Positions 1-13,047 of a DNA stretch of 64,000 bases are shown in pieces. The notes under the pieces are model-generated. The model was not told the origin of the DNA. It saw nothing but the letters and a program-made list of their open reading frames with translations, and ran no database searches. Position numbers and translations under genes: made by a program. Location: positions 164,919,415 to 164,983,414 of the forward strand of contig NC_092375.1 in NCBI RefSeq assembly GCF_030028105.1, in the 5' to 3' direction. Position 1 is the first letter of the stretch, and every line of letters starts with the position of its first letter. The stretch comes from Mobula birostris. Taxonomy: Eukaryota.

Positions 1-856
1 CTCATAATTTGCCCTTCCCCAATTAAAAATTTTCCTGTCCTCTCTGATTCTATCCTTTTCCATGATAATGCTAAAGGCCAGGGAGCGGTGGTCACTATCC
101 CCCAGATGCTCACCCACTGAGAGATCTGTGACCTGACCCGGTTCATTACCTAGTACTAGATCTAGTATGGCATTCCCCCAGTCGGCCTGTCCACATACTG
201 TGACAGGAATCCGTCCTGGACACACTTAACAAACTCTGCCCCATCTAAACCCTTGGAACTAATCAGGTGCCAATCAATATTAGGAAAGTTAAAGTCACCC
301 ATGATAACAACCCTGTTATTTTTGCACCTTTCCAAACCCTGCCTCCCAATCTGCTCCTCTGTATCTCTGCTGCTAGCAGGGGGCCTATAGAATACCCCCA
401 ATAGAGTAACTGCTCCCTTCCTGTTCCTGACTTCCACCCATACTGACTCAAAAGAGGATCCTGCTACATTATCCACCCTTTCTGTAGCTGTAATAGTATC
501 CCTGACCAATAATGCCACCCCTCCTCCCCTTTTTCCGCCCTCTCTATCCCTTTTAAAGCACTGAAATCCAGGAATATTGAGAATCCATTCCTGCCCTGGT
601 GCCAGCCAAGTCTCTGTAATGGTCATTACATCATAATTCCATGTATGTATCCAAGCTCTCAGTTCATCGCCTTTGTTCCTGATGCTTCTTGCATTGAGGT
701 ACACACATTTCAGCCCTTCTACCTTGCTGTCTTTACACCGTATATTCTGCTTCTCTTTCCTCAAAGCCTCTCCATATGTTTGATCTGGCTTTATTCCATG
801 CACTTCTTTCACTGCTCTATCGCTCTGGGTCCCATCCCCCTTGCAAATTAGTTTAA
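1..856 (-). mobile_element. CR1-clade LINE fragment, APE endonuclease region of ORF2, continues off the left edge
   Basis: ORF 162..812 has YLNARS, ITETWL, GGGVAL, FYRPP and GDFNFPNIDW endonuclease motifs. Confidence 0.9.
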
Positions 857-951
857 TATAGTGTTGACATTTTAATATCTGCTTTCATGTTGCCTTGCAT
901 AGTTATTACTTTGTTACTTTTACAATAAAATATTTATGTTTACATTTTTAG

Positions 952-1239
952 AGCCTAGGGTTGCACCCCGCTTTGACAAAAGACTAGAACCAGTAGAAGT
1001 TACAACAGGGGAAAGTGTGGATCTTGAATGCCATTTAACTGGATCTTTCCCAATTAAAGTTACTTGGCTGAAGGATGGCAAAGAGATTCGATCTGGTGGC
1101 AATTACAACATAACTTATGTAGAAAATACACCCCACCTGATCATTCTGAAAGCAGACAAAGGAGATGTTGGTCAATACATTTGTGAGGCCAGCAATGATA
1201 TTGGAAAGGATTCATGCAAAACTGAAGTGACTGTGAAAG
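952..1239 (+). CDS. ttn: Titin Ig exon, I77-like copy a (288 nt, phase 1-1)
   Basis: ttttag|AGCCTAGG...GTGAAAG|gtactg; EPRVAPRFDKRLEP...GQYICEASNDIGKDSC. Confidence 0.95.
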
Positions 1240-1983
1240 GTACTGATCAATAATAATTACAAATCTTTGCTCTCTGTTATATCGTGTGAGCCTAGATGTT
1301 AGTAATTATAGAAGAAATCTTTTAAATATTTAAAAATGAATGTGAGTTGTAAGAATCCAGGTTTGATTAGTTTCAAAAGATACTTTTTTAACATCTGCAG
1401 TGTGACTCTTAATGGTTACTTGGTCAATTTTTTTTTGCTATCCAGTGCATGTGCATTTCTTATTTTGATTTTTCTAACCATCTTTGGGTTGGAGCTTTTC
1501 TTGCTATAATAGTTGGCATTGCTTTTGTAGTTAATAGGTTTATTCAATATCCAGATATAGGTTAACTATTAATAAAATTGAATTAGGAAAAAAAATGAAA
1601 AGATCCAAACAAGGTAACAAAAATGCATAAACACCAATAAATAAAAATATCAAAATAATACAAAAACAAAACTAAAGAGTAATACATTCCTCCTCAAGTT
1701 CTGCTCTACAATCCCTATGAAAATCAACAAGCTGCCAGAATTTCCACCAAATATGACTTTGTACATGATCCAGGAGGCAACTTCCTCAGCTTAAAGGTGA
1801 CCAGAATCCTGTGGTGTAGTGAACTAATAATAAGTCCATATCAATGTACAGAAATGTGTGATACACTGATATTTCAAAAATTAAGTGGAAATAGTTTTGG
1901 ACTACAAGCCTTAGCTAAAGTTAGCATGCTTCACGACAACTGGTTGTTTATCACTTTCATAGTGCTACTTCTGTCTGATACAG

Positions 1984-2274
1984 ATCGTAAAATTCCACCA
2001 AGCTTTACTAAAAAGCCTCTTGAAACAATACACGAAGTAGAAGGAAAACCTATAAAACTTGAAGCTCGTGTTTCTGGTTCACAACCATTATCTGTAACCT
2101 GGTTCAAAAATGAGCAAGAGATATTGCAAACTGAAAACTATGAGCTATCATTTAAACACAACGTCGTAATGTTGAACATTAAAAAAGCACAGCATGCTGA
2201 TTCTGGTGTGTATACATGTGAAGCATCCAATGAAGTAGGCACTGCACAGTTTAACGTCTCTGTTTCAATCGAAG
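1984..2274 (+). CDS. ttn: Titin Ig exon, I78-like copy a (291 nt)
   Basis: tacag|ATCGTAAA...ATCGAAG|gttagt; DRKIPPSFTKKPLET...SGVYTCEASNEVG. Confidence 0.95.
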
Positions 2275-3059
2275 GTTAGTAATGCTATTAGTGATTACAG
2301 TGGGTATTATTTTATTATTCTGTTACTTGCTGTCAAATGAGTTAACCAATGACTTAACATAGAGAATGTTCTGTGTACAATCAGTCCTCATTATTAATAT
2401 ATTCACTTTCACTTACTTGTGAAGTTGTCCCCAGTCCCTATCTTGAACTTCTTTGGACAAGTATTTCTATAACCATATACATGCTGAGGTACTAATCATT
2501 ATCTCTATAAACATAGTGATCAGTTTTCATACTGCTTGGGTCAAGTGGTTCCCTGCTGTTTGCTGTTGCAGTCAAGAATAGCCTCAGGCTTACATAGCTG
2601 TTCCCTATGATTTCAGAACTGATCTCTGCATTCAAATATAAATGCATTCATTTAAACTAATACTATTACCTTATAGGTATTTTTTAAAAACTGTAATACT
2701 TAAGGGACTATTTTATGATTATTTGGAGGGTCATAGGGTACAAAAGACAGTGTCTAAGTGGTGTTCATTTTATCTGGTGTATGTGGGAAGCCCCTGTCTC
2801 TCGTGGATAATGAAGAAGGAGTTGGTGTAGAAATTTTTACTATTTATTTTTCATAATATGGCATTACTTGTATCTTCTGCACTTATTGCGAAGGTGGTGT
2901 TGAGCCACCTTCTTGATCAGCTAATGTTCTCCTAGGGAAGATGTACACACGTTTTCAATGGGAAGTCAAGAAAATAGATCTTGTGACAATCAATGAGCAG
3001 CAATATGTTTACAAACCAGAGTATTAAGCAGATGAACTTGCAAGTGGTTGTGTTCCAAA

Positions 3060-3266
3060 TGTCCACAACACGCTGGAGAAACTCAGCAGGTCGGGCAGCA
3101 TCCGTGGAAACGATCAGTCAACCTTTCGGGCCGGAACACTTCGTGACAAAGGGTTCCGGCCCGAAACGTTGACTGATCGTTTCCATGGATGCTGCCCAAT
3201 CTGCTGAGTTCCTCCAGCGTGTTGTCAGTGTTGCTTTGACCCCAGCATCTGTAGATTATTTTGTGT
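3060..3266. mobile_element. Foldback non-autonomous element derived from a Penelope-like terminal repeat
   Basis: ~80 bp inverted arms (3065-3144 / 3145-3225); 12 bp TSD ttgtgttccaaa (3048-3059, 3267-3278); resembles the PLE end at 44300-44430. Confidence 0.8.
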
Positions 3267-3583
3267 TTGTGTTCCAAAAGTGCTTTCTTAGTGATAGAAG
3301 TAAGAGATGCTGTCAGAGAGACAAGTAAATGAAGTACATTGTGCAGCCATGGCACACAGAAAATAGAGGAATAGATGTTTAAAGCGGTTTACAGTTGCAA
3401 ATATGGTGCCAGTTAAATTAGTTGTTTTGTCAGGCTTCTCAAGTATTGTTTCATGCTGAGAGTGTTGGTATGTAGAGTAATCTTGGTTTCTTTGCAGATG
3501 AATCACTGAAATTTAATATGTACATGGGGAAGCAAGTAGGAAGTCTGAATTGTCTTCTCAATCTGTAATGGTTTATTTTGCAG

Positions 3584-3871
3584 AACATAAAATGGCACCT
3601 TATTTCATCAGGAAAATTAAGAATATGGAAGTATCTCTTGGTTTACCAGTGACCTTTGAATGTTGCACTGCTGGTTCTGCTCCTATTAAAGTATCTTGGT
3701 TTAAAGGTGGTGTAAAATTACTCCCTGGAGAAAACTTAATTATATCTTTCATGGAGAATGTAGCAACTCTTAAAATTCTTAGAACTGAGATGAATCATGC
3801 TGGTGAATACACTTGCAAAGCTTCCAACGAAGTTGGAGTTGTTTCATGTAGTTCAAAACTAGTTCTTATAG
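3584..3871 (+). CDS. ttn: Titin Ig exon, I76-like copy b (288 nt)
   Basis: tttgcag|AACATAAA...CTTATAG|gtatgt; EHKMAPYF...GLPVTFEC...AGEYTCKASNEVG. Confidence 0.95.
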
Positions 3872-4010
3872 GTATGTTGGATTGAATATTTACCTTATTT
3901 TTTCTTTAATAATGTTTTGATCTATAATTGATATATGTTGTTACTTTACAATTGATATTTCTATAATAGAATTGTTGTAATTATTGTATTAATTATTATA
4001 ATGTTTTCAG

Positions 4011-4298
4011 AGTCCAGAGTTGCTCCTCTATTTGACAAAAAACTGGAGCCAGTGGAGGTAACAACCGGACAAACTGTGGACTTTGAGTGTCACTTAATTG
4101 GCTCTCCACCAATTAAAGTTACTTGGCTGAAGGATGGCAAAGAGATTCGATCGGGTGGAAATTACAAGATAACTTATGTGGAAAGTACACCCCGTCTGAT
4201 TATTCTGAAAGCAGACAAAGGAGATGTTGGTCAATACATTTGTGAGGCCAGCAATGATATTGGAAAGGATTCATGCAAAACTGAAGTTATTGTGAAAG
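4011..4298 (+). CDS. ttn: Titin Ig exon, I77-like copy b (288 nt)
   Basis: ttttcag|AGTCCAGA...GTGAAAG|gtattg; near-identical to exon 952-1239. Confidence 0.95.
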
Positions 4299-5337
4299 GT
4301 ATTGATTAATAGCAGTTATAATCTTCACTCTCTCATACATCTAATGAGCCTAGACTTCAACAATTTCAAAGCCGAATGTTTATTTTTGCACTTCAAAGTG
4401 ATTCTGACAAGTCATTTGATCATTTCTGTTATATTTTTATCTGTGTTTCTCATTATTATAATATTTTAAAATGGCTTAACACTGATCATTAGTTCTTTAT
4501 TTTTGTGCACATCAATCTCTCCTTTTCCTGAAGCACATATTTAACTTTGAAGACCCAAAGAATGTGAACACCATTTAACAAGAATAAGGCTGAACTTCTA
4601 CAACTCCATTTTCCTGTATTTTCCCTTGTTCACTATGATCTGTAAACAATACTCTGTAATTCTTAGTCTTGAATATATTTAGATCAGTTAGTGTCTACAT
4701 TTCATTCATGGAAGAATAATATTATTGAAGAAATTAAAAATAGCTATGTATCTGATCAAACAATCTGGTTTCCTACTTAAATTGCTGTTGCTTTTATCTT
4801 GTGCAATGGAAAGGCTCCGTCCTAATAACTTTCCACATCCCTGGAGTCCAGCAACATTTCTATCAGGTCATGCAAAATAGGGGCCCTTTCCTGGAAACTT
4901 TCCGATGATTGGCAAAGTTGGGGACAGGGCTTTGCTAACTGTAGTAGTCGCCAATAGTTTTATTAGTTTTTAATTGCATAATATTCAAAGGTAGTTTAAA
5001 AACTATAAAAATTAAGGCAAATAATAAATTAAATAGAACTATTTGATAAAAAATGTTGCTTAAAGCACACAAAGCATGTAACAATTAAAAGCAAACAAAA
5101 TTAACTATGTAAAACTATTGCTCTGCAATTCCCATTAAAGTAAGTGTGGCCACAAATCTTTCAGAAATTTTGTCAAACGTACCACTGCCTCTGTGTACTA
5201 CAATGAACTAACAGTAAGTCCATGTGAGTACGGCAAAAATTACCAATTGATCAAGTTGAAACCATCATTAAAAGTCAGCCTGCCTCAAGCCAATTGAATG
5301 TATGTGATATTTATATTGTTACTCCTTTCTAATGCAG

Positions 5338-5628
5338 ATCATAAAATTCCACCAAACTTTACTAAAAAACCTCTTGAAACAATTCATGAAACAGAAGGAA
5401 AATCTATAAAACTTGAAGCTCATGTTTCTGGTTCACAACCATTATCTGTAACCTGGTTCAAAGATGAGCAAGAGATCTTGCAAACTGAAAACTATGAGCT
5501 ATCATTTAAAAACAATGTCATAATGTTGAACATTAAAAAAGTACAGCTTGCTGATTCTGGTGTGTATACATGTGAAGCATCCAATGAAGTAGGCACTGCA
5601 AGGCTTAATGTCTCTCTGCTGATCAAAG
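5338..5628 (+). CDS. ttn: Titin Ig exon, I78-like copy b (291 nt)
   Basis: tgcag|ATCATAAA...ATCAAAG|gtaagt; DHKIPPNFTKKPLET. Confidence 0.95.
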
Positions 5629-6476
5629 GTAAGTGAAGGGTAATGATGATTGCATGGAGTGCAAATTCTCCTCTTTCTTCAGTCGCATTTATTGGTAATT
5701 TTTTAGAAGTGTTATTAGAGCTATATTTGTTTAAAGTACAAATACCAAAAGGAAATTAAAGATAGTATCAAATAAAATGAAGAACCTAATAAAGTTGTCA
5801 GAGATTGCAGTACATTATAAGATAGCAAGCATTTAGAACTCAGTGAAAGTAAGCCAAGAAATTGATAAAGGCAAGATGGAATATTAGAGTAGACTATTAA
5901 GAAACATAAACATTGAGTAATTCATTATTGTAATCTTCAATAGGCATTCTAAAATCCTTATTGTTATAAACTCTTCTTGTCAGCATATCATTTTGATGGT
6001 ATCTTTTTTCATGATTATACATTGGTTAAAATCCAACAATTATTTCCCATCTCTAATAGCCCTTTATATGGTGGTAGTAAGCCACCTTCTTGAACATGCC
6101 ATGGATTCCCAGGAAAGCAGCTCACAATGCCATTGAGAAGGGAATTCCATGATTTAGACCCATTTGTGATGACAATGATATCTTTCCAAGTCAGAGTATT
6201 GTGTGATTTAGAGAGGAACCTGTAGATGCCATGTGCTTTCTTGGCATTGAGTTCGTAGCTTTTACAGGTCCTATCAAAGTTGCCTAGGCAATTGATTTCA
6301 GTGTACTTTGTAAATGGCATACACTGTAGCCATGGTGCGCAGGTACTGATTGCAGGAAATGTTTTGAGTGGCTTACAGTGGTTGCCTTGTGTATGAACGA
6401 CTAAAAGTTAACTTGTCAGTATGGCATGCAAGTAGGGTATCAAATGATCTTATTTTCATAACATTTTATTTTACAG

Positions 6477-6764
6477 AACATAAAATTCCACCTTCTTTCT
6501 TAAGAACAATGGAGAATATTGAAATAACTGTTGGCTTACCAATCACATTTGCATGTCATACTGCTGGTTCAGCTCCTATTGAAACTGCTTGGTTTAAAGA
6601 TGGTGTAAAATTAATTCCTGGAGAAAATTTAATTATATCATTTATAGAGAATGTAGCATCTCTTAAAATTCTTAAAACTGAATTGAAGCATGCTGGTGAA
6701 TACACTTGCAAAGCTTCCAACATAGCGGGAGATATTTCATGTCATTCAACACTGTCTCTCAAAG
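6477..6764 (+). CDS. ttn: Titin Ig exon, I76-like copy c (288 nt)
   Basis: ttacag|AACATAAA...CTCAAAG|gtacag; EHKIPPSFLRTMENIEITVGLP. Confidence 0.95.
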
Positions 6765-6932
6765 GTACAGTATATTGAGTTAAATATTTACTAATTCAGC
6801 TTCTTTCCTTAATTAATAATTACCTTTTATAGTATTAGGACTTTAGTATCTACTTTCATCAGTCAGTACTAGACGTTATTACTTTGCTGTTGATGCATTT
6901 ATAATAGAGTGCAATTCTTGTTATGGTTTCAG

Positions 6933-7220
6933 AGTCTAGAGTTGCTCCTCTATTTGACAAAAAACTAGAACCAGTGGAAGTTACAGTTGGAAAAACTGTG
7001 GATCTCGAGTGCCACTTAATTGGGTCTTCCCCAATTAAAGTTAGATGGCTGAAGGATGACAGAGTGATTCATTCGGGTGGCAATTATAAGATAACTTTTG
7101 TGGAAAATACACTGCATCTGATTATTCTGAAAGCAGACAAAGGAGATGTTGGTCAATACATTTGTGAGGCCAGCAATGATATTGGAAAGGATTCATGCAA
7201 AGCTGAAGTGGTTGTGAAAG
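6933..7220 (+). CDS. ttn: Titin Ig exon, I77-like copy c (288 nt)
   Basis: tttcag|AGTCTAGA...GTGAAAG|gttatt; ESRVAPLFDKKLEP. Confidence 0.95.
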
Positions 7221-8117
7221 GTTATTGTTCAATAACAATTATAATTCTTTATTCATTGACGTATTATATGTGTCTGGGCTTTATTTATTATGGGGAAAAT
7301 GTTCACATCTTTTAAAAATGATTTTTATTTGTTGTGCTACCATTCAACAAGAATAAGGCTGAACTTTCATATCAGCTGCAATTCCCTCCACTTTCCCATT
7401 TCTCTTCTTCCCAATTGTGCTCAAAATCCTGTAGATCCTAATACAGAATATATTTAGTGTCTTGAACAATTGCTTTTTGCTCAGTGGAGATTAATATCAC
7501 TGAAGATATATAAAAAAATTTATGGACCATATCATACTTGAATCACTGCCAGTGGTCTGTCTGACCACCTTATTGGCACTCATTGCTGAGGCTCTAACTT
7601 ATTAATCTTCCACATTCTGGAATGCAGCAATATTTTATCAGGTGTTGCAGAAAAGATACCCTGCCCTCAAAACTTCCTGGTAGTTAGCAAAACTGGAGAT
7701 GAAGCTCTTGAAATTATTTCTTCATGTAAATAATTAAATGTGCAACAAAATTATTTTTGAATCAAGACAAATAGAATGAACTAAAATACACAAAAATAGT
7801 TTAAAATAATTAAAAACAGCAAAGCAAACACAAAATTAAGAAGTAACACATTTCCATTGGCCTTCTAAAATGTACACAGATCAAACCCTTTGATGTCAAT
7901 GGGGTCTCAGATTTTACTCCAGGCTTGATCCTAGTGTATAATCCAAGGAGCAATTTGCTCAGTTTAATGTTCTGGTCTGCTGCAGAATTCCAGTTGAATT
8001 GAAATTTTAAATGACAAATGATAGCAGTTCTAATTGGAACTGTTGATAATAGTCAGCATGTTTTAGGCCAGGTAGATGTGTGTGTGTTTTTCACAATGCT
8101 ATTCCTTTCTGTTACAG

Positions 8118-8408
8118 ATCGTAAAATTCCACCAAGTTTTACCAAAAAGCCTCTTGAAACAATTCATGATACAGAAGGAAAATCTGTAAAACTTGAAGCT
8201 CGCGTTTCTGGTTCACAACCATTATCTGTCACCTGGTTAAAAGATGAGCAAGAGATCTTGCAAACGACAAACTATGAGTTATTATTTAAAAATAATCTCA
8301 TAACAATGAACATTAAGAAAGCACAGCTTGCTGATTCTGGTGTTTATACATGTGAAGTATCCAATGAGGCAGGCTCTGCAACATTTAATGTGTCTCTGCT
8401 GATCAAAG
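8118..8408 (+). CDS. ttn: Titin Ig exon, I78-like copy c (291 nt)
   Basis: ttacag|ATCGTAAA...ATCAAAG|gttagt. Confidence 0.95.
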
Positions 8409-8469
8409 GTTAGTGATGGATATTCATGGCTATAAGGGTTGGCGAAACTTACACTTGCCAATGTATATT

Positions 8470-8955
8470 TAGAAACGTAGAAAATGTACAGCACATTACA
8501 GGTCCTTTGGCCCACAATGTTGTGCTGATCATGTAACCGACTCTAGAAACTGCCTAGAATTTCCCTGCCACATAGCCCTTTATTTTTCTAAGCTCCACGT
8601 ACCTATCTAAGAGTCTCTTAAAAGACCCTATTGTATCCACTTCCACCACTGTTGCTGGCAGTGCAATCCATGCACCCACCACTCTCTATGTGGAAAAACT
8701 TACCTCTGACATCCCCCTTATACCTACTTAAAAGCACCTTAAAACTATGTTCCCTCTTGTTCGCCATTTCAGCCCTGGGAAAAAGCCTCTGGCTATCCAC
8801 ACAAGCAATGCCGCTCATCAACTTATATACCTCTATCAGGCCACCTCTCATACTCTGTCGCTCCAAGGAGGAAAGGCCAAGTTCACCCAACCTATTCTCT
8901 TAAGGCATGCTCTCCAATCCAGGCAAAATCCTTGTAAATCTCCTCTGCACGCTCT
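8470..8955 (-). mobile_element. CR1-clade LINE 3' fragment
   Basis: ORF 8618..8890 LGLSSLERQSMRGGLIEVYKLM matches the CR1 ORF2 C-terminus; tagaaa-type repeat tail near 8470; boundaries approximate. Confidence 0.8.
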
Positions 8956-10162
8956 CATTTCGTCATTTTTTAATATTTATTATTACAAAGTCCATTGGAC
9001 TTCTAAAATCTGTTGTTGATTTCTCTTATATACATTTTGTTTAAAATACTGCATTTTAATCAATAACTATAAATACAAAGGTGTTCTCATTGTTCATTTT
9101 TCACAATTTGGGCATTGCTGGAAAGGTCAACATTTATCGCTTCCCTCTAATAATTACTTGGGATGTGGTGGTGAGTCAAGTTCTTGAGCCATCACAGTCC
9201 TTCTGGAAAAGCTAGTCCTATTGTGCCTTTGGGAGGAGATTCCAGGTTTTAGGCCAAGTCACACTGAAGGAACATCAATTTATTTCAAAATCAGTATGTT
9301 CTGTGATCCGGACAGAATCCTGGAGGTAATGGTATTCTCATAAATCTCTCTGGTTGTAGAAAAGCTGCTGTCAGAATTGGCTGGGCAAATAACTAGTGCA
9401 TTTGTTGATGGCACACACCATACATATGTTGCATATAGTGAGTGGAATGGATATTTACAGTAATTTAGAATGGTAGGTGTGGTGCCTATCAAGTCAAGTG
9501 CTTTGCTATAGTGGTGTCAAGCGTATAGAGCATTGTTTCAATGTCAGAGATTGAAAAGTGTTGGTGTTCAGAGGGACCTGGATATTTCTGTACACAAATA
9601 GCTGTTAACTTGTCGAGCAGGCAAGTAGGAGTTTAGAATTCCTTTATCTGTTTCTTCAGTTTTATAAGCTTATATTGCAGCCGTGATCATCAAGAATAAA
9701 GTATACTATCTTGCCCTTGTATTAGTACATGAGTCCCTTGTTACTTCTGGAATCACTATGCTTCTGCAAATTGAGTTTCTTTCCTTGATTTTCTGTCTTT
9801 ATCTAGCTTGCCTGTTTTGTTAATTAGAATCCAATTCAAGCGGTAGGAATCCATATTCTAATTGAGTTACAATAGCAATCATTCTGTGTTATTTTGTTGC
9901 TGGGCAAGTTTTATCATCCAGGATAGGTCATTAGATGAAACTTTATCTATGAAAAAGTGCTAAAAGTGTCGGAGCTAAAATGCGGATATTATTAAGTGTT
10001 ATTAATGTTTTGAGCAAGTCTGTATCTAAACATTCTTAAGTGAAAGAGGAAATGTGTTAATTGGAAACAACAAGGACATGAACACAAAGGGGAGAGAGTA
10101 TGTAAAATGATAATAGAAATTTTCTGTATTAAATATTAACATTTATTTTGTTGTTTTTTTAG

Positions 10163-10450
10163 AACTTAAGAAGCCACCTGTCTATGATATTCCACTTAAA
10201 CCAATGACAGCAACTGAAGGAGAGTCTGTGCAGCTAAGTTGTCATGTCCATGGGTCTGAACCAATTAAAGTACAGTGGTTCAAAGATAGGAAAGAAATAA
10301 AACCATCTGACAAATTGAACATGACTTTTGTAAATGGCACAGCTACCCTAGCAATTAAAACAGCTGCAAAGACAGATAGTGGTGACTACTTGTGTAAAGC
10401 CACAAATGAGGCTGGAAGTGACAATTGCAAAGCCAAGTTAACAATCCAAG
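10163..10450 (+). CDS. ttn: Titin Ig exon I79 (288 nt)
   Basis: ttttag|AACTTAAG...ATCCAAG|gtatgg; ELKKPPVYD...VQLSCHVHGSEPI, like human EPKKPPVFD...VQLSCHVQGSEPI. Confidence 0.95.
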
Positions 10451-11099
10451 GTATGGGGTAGATAAATAGGATGTTTTTTTATCTGCATGTAATTGGGGAA
10501 AATAGAAATGAACAACCTGTAGAAGTAGTTAAGGCAGACATAAATGACAAGAAATGAGATGAAATACAAAGTCAAATGCCTTACAACTTGCACATTAAAG
10601 GAAATTGTGGGACTACCTCCGATTCATTCACCAAATATCTTACAAACATATTACCTCACCCGACTGTTGAATTGAAAATCAATATTTAAGCAAAGTAATG
10701 GATTCAGCCATAAATGAATAGATAGGGTTCTGTATGTAAGTGTTACTTGTAATATTGGTGTTACACAAAAGTTTATATAACTTAAATTTAAACTGAGGAA
10801 TTGACCTAACCGGAACTCTCTGAAGGGGACTTTCTGAAGAAAGGATTCTTGCTGTTTCTCACTAGATGCAGGTCAGGCGCATTCAGCAAATTTACCTCTA
10901 GTAGAAGTTATTTTGTGATAAGATCAAAGTGTGGTATAAGTGTGCCCTGAATACCTTTGGTTAAATCAGGTTTGATTTAAACAAAAGATTACAATTTTTC
11001 TATGTACAGAGCATTCATTCACCATGTTTACTTTTTGAGAAATTGTGAATAGTTAATAGAATTAGACCTATTGAAATCATTTAATTTGTTTTGATTTAG

Positions 11100-11189
11100 A
11101 AAAAGTGGCAACAAAGAAAGTGGTTTCTCCACCACAACCTGACAAGATCTTCTTCATTGAGAAACCAAATAACTTGAAAGTAATAGAAA
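11100..11189 (+). CDS. ttn: Titin linker and I80 N-terminal exon (90 nt)
   Basis: tttag|AAAAAGTG...ATAGAAA|gtaagt; EKVATKKVVSPPQPDKIFFIEKPNNLKVIE. Confidence 0.9.
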
Positions 11190-11285
11190 GTAAGTGCACT
11201 GTTGAATATTTTGTTGTGAATATATTTGTTAAAAAGTAATATTTCTGCAAGAGGTGATACTTAAAGAAGCTATTCTACATTTCAG

Positions 11286-11568
11286 AGGATATAGCAACAT
11301 TTACTGCAAAGGTTGGTGGTGATCCAATTCCAAATGTCAAATGGATGAAAGGCAAATGGAGGCAAATGAACCATGGTGGACGATTTATTATACAACAGAA
11401 GGGACAAGAGGCCAAACTAGAAATCAAAGATGTGGTAAAAACTGACTCTGGACATTACAGATGTGTTGCATCTAATAAATTTGGTGAAATTGAAAGCAGT
11501 GCAAACTTAGAAATCGCGGAGAAGAAAGAAATCATTGTTGAAACAGACTTTAGAGCAAAATTGAAGAA
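11286..11568 (+). CDS. ttn: Titin N2A Ig I80 exon (283 nt, phase 1-2)
   Basis: ttcag|AGGATATA...TTGAAGAA|gtaagt; ATFTAKVGGDPIPNVKWMKGKWRQ. Confidence 0.95.
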
Positions 11569-11840
11569 GTAAGTATTCTGGTTTATGTATTGCTAATAAA
11601 GTTTTGATTTTTCATCTGATCATTATCTTGATTATGTGCATGATGTTCCTGAACCTCTCTCACTCTCTCTTGCTTAATTTTGGCCTTTTTCTGCATGATG
11701 ATTTGTTCTATTTAATGGAATGGAAAAAATTTAGCTATGTTTTTGTTGATAACACACAGGTGTTAATATTCTTACATGGACTCATGTATTCCTGACGTAG
11801 ATTTTTAATAATGAATTAATTTTACTACTTATTTTAAAAG

Positions 11841-12024
11841 AACACCATCCAAGAAAAAGGAAGAAGAAGCAGATAAGGACATTGATATTGTAGAACTGTT
11901 AAGGAATGTCGATCCTAAGGAGTATGAGAAGTATGCACGTATGTATGGAATTACAGATTTCCGGGGCCTCCTCCAAGCTATTGAGCAACTGAAGGCCAGC
12001 AAAGAAGATGAAACTCACAGAGTG
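11841..12024 (+). CDS. ttn: Titin UN2A unique sequence exon 1 (184 nt)
   Basis: ttttaaaag|AACACCA...AGAGTG|gtgcgt; DIDIVELLRNVDPKEYEKYARMYGITDFRGLLQA. Confidence 0.95.
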
Positions 12025-12136
12025 GTGCGTAACGTTATATATGTTTGTACCATAGGACATATTATACATTTGATGCAGAATAGATGGCTTATATTCATAC
12101 CCTTTGGTAATTACTTCTAATTGATGCTTTGTTAAG

Positions 12137-12223
12137 GAGATCGAAGAGCGGGAGCGAGGCCCTGAAGAAGATGAGTTTAATGAACTAATTCAATATATTC
12201 AGCAAAGAATAGAAAAAGTTGAG
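12137..12223 (+). CDS. ttn: Titin UN2A unique sequence exon 2 (87 nt)
   Basis: gttaag|GAGATC...GTTGAG|gtatgt; EIEERERGPEEDEFNELIQYIQQRIEKVE. Confidence 0.9.
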
Positions 12224-12340
12224 GTATGTTTTTTGTCTTTATAATGCAATGATTTTCTCAAGTGATATAATGATATTCTGTGATATTCCGTGCATATCTT
12301 TGGAAATAGATATTTATAAAAATGTTTATTTTCTCTACAG

Positions 12341-12608
12341 CCTATTGAATTAATCAAAGATATTGAAGATCAGGTTGTACGTACAAATGCAGATGCAGTG
12401 TTTGAATGTGCCATAAAAATAAACTATCCTGAAATCAAGCTTTCCTGGTACAAAGGAACTGAAAAATTGGAATCAAATAGCAAGTATGAAATGAGCATTG
12501 ATGGTAATATTCATCGCTTAAGAGTTAGAAATTGTGGTCTGCAAGATCAAGGCAACTTCCGCATTGTCTGTGGCCCACATATCTCAAGTGCTAAACTGAC
12601 AGTTGTTG
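12341..12608 (+). CDS. ttn: Titin N2A Ig I81 exon (268 nt)
   Basis: ctacag|CCTATT...GTTGTTG|gtaagt; KINYPEIKLSWYKGTEKLE. Confidence 0.95.
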
Positions 12609-12695
12609 GTAAGTGGTATTTATAATTTTGGTTCTAAATGTTCTCTGGAGACTTTTTAACTCCTCTAATTTATTTAAATTGTTTCTGTTCTCTAG

Positions 12696-12956
12696 AACCT
12701 ATTGTTGAACAACATCTTGAAAATCTTTCCGGGAAAGAAGGTCATATCTGTATCATGGTTTGCCAGTTTTCTTTACCAAATTTAAAAACTGAATGGTTTA
12801 AAAATGGCAGGAGAATTGAGGGCCGTGGCCGATATTCCATAGATGTTGTAGATAAATTACAGAAAGTTACGATAAGTGACTTGAAACCCGAGGATCAAGG
12901 TCGATTTACTTGCAGATTTGAAGATCTAGAGACATCTGCTGATTTAAGGGTTCAAG
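12696..12956 (+). CDS. ttn: Titin N2A Ig I82 exon (261 nt)
   Basis: ctctag|AACCTATT...GTTCAAG|gtttgt; EDQGRFTCRFEDLETSADL. Confidence 0.95.
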
Positions 12957-13047
12957 GTTTGTAGTTTTATTAAATGGGGTTACTTTAATCGTAATTTGCT
13001 GAGTGAATTTTGCATAAGAATATTGTTTCTGCTTTTGTATGTTATAG

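Noticed and set aside
3140-3175. Hammerhead in the 3060 foldback and in the array inserts
   Set aside because: GAAAC-GUU or GAAAC-AUU is present but the CUGANGA core and stem I 5' strand are missing.
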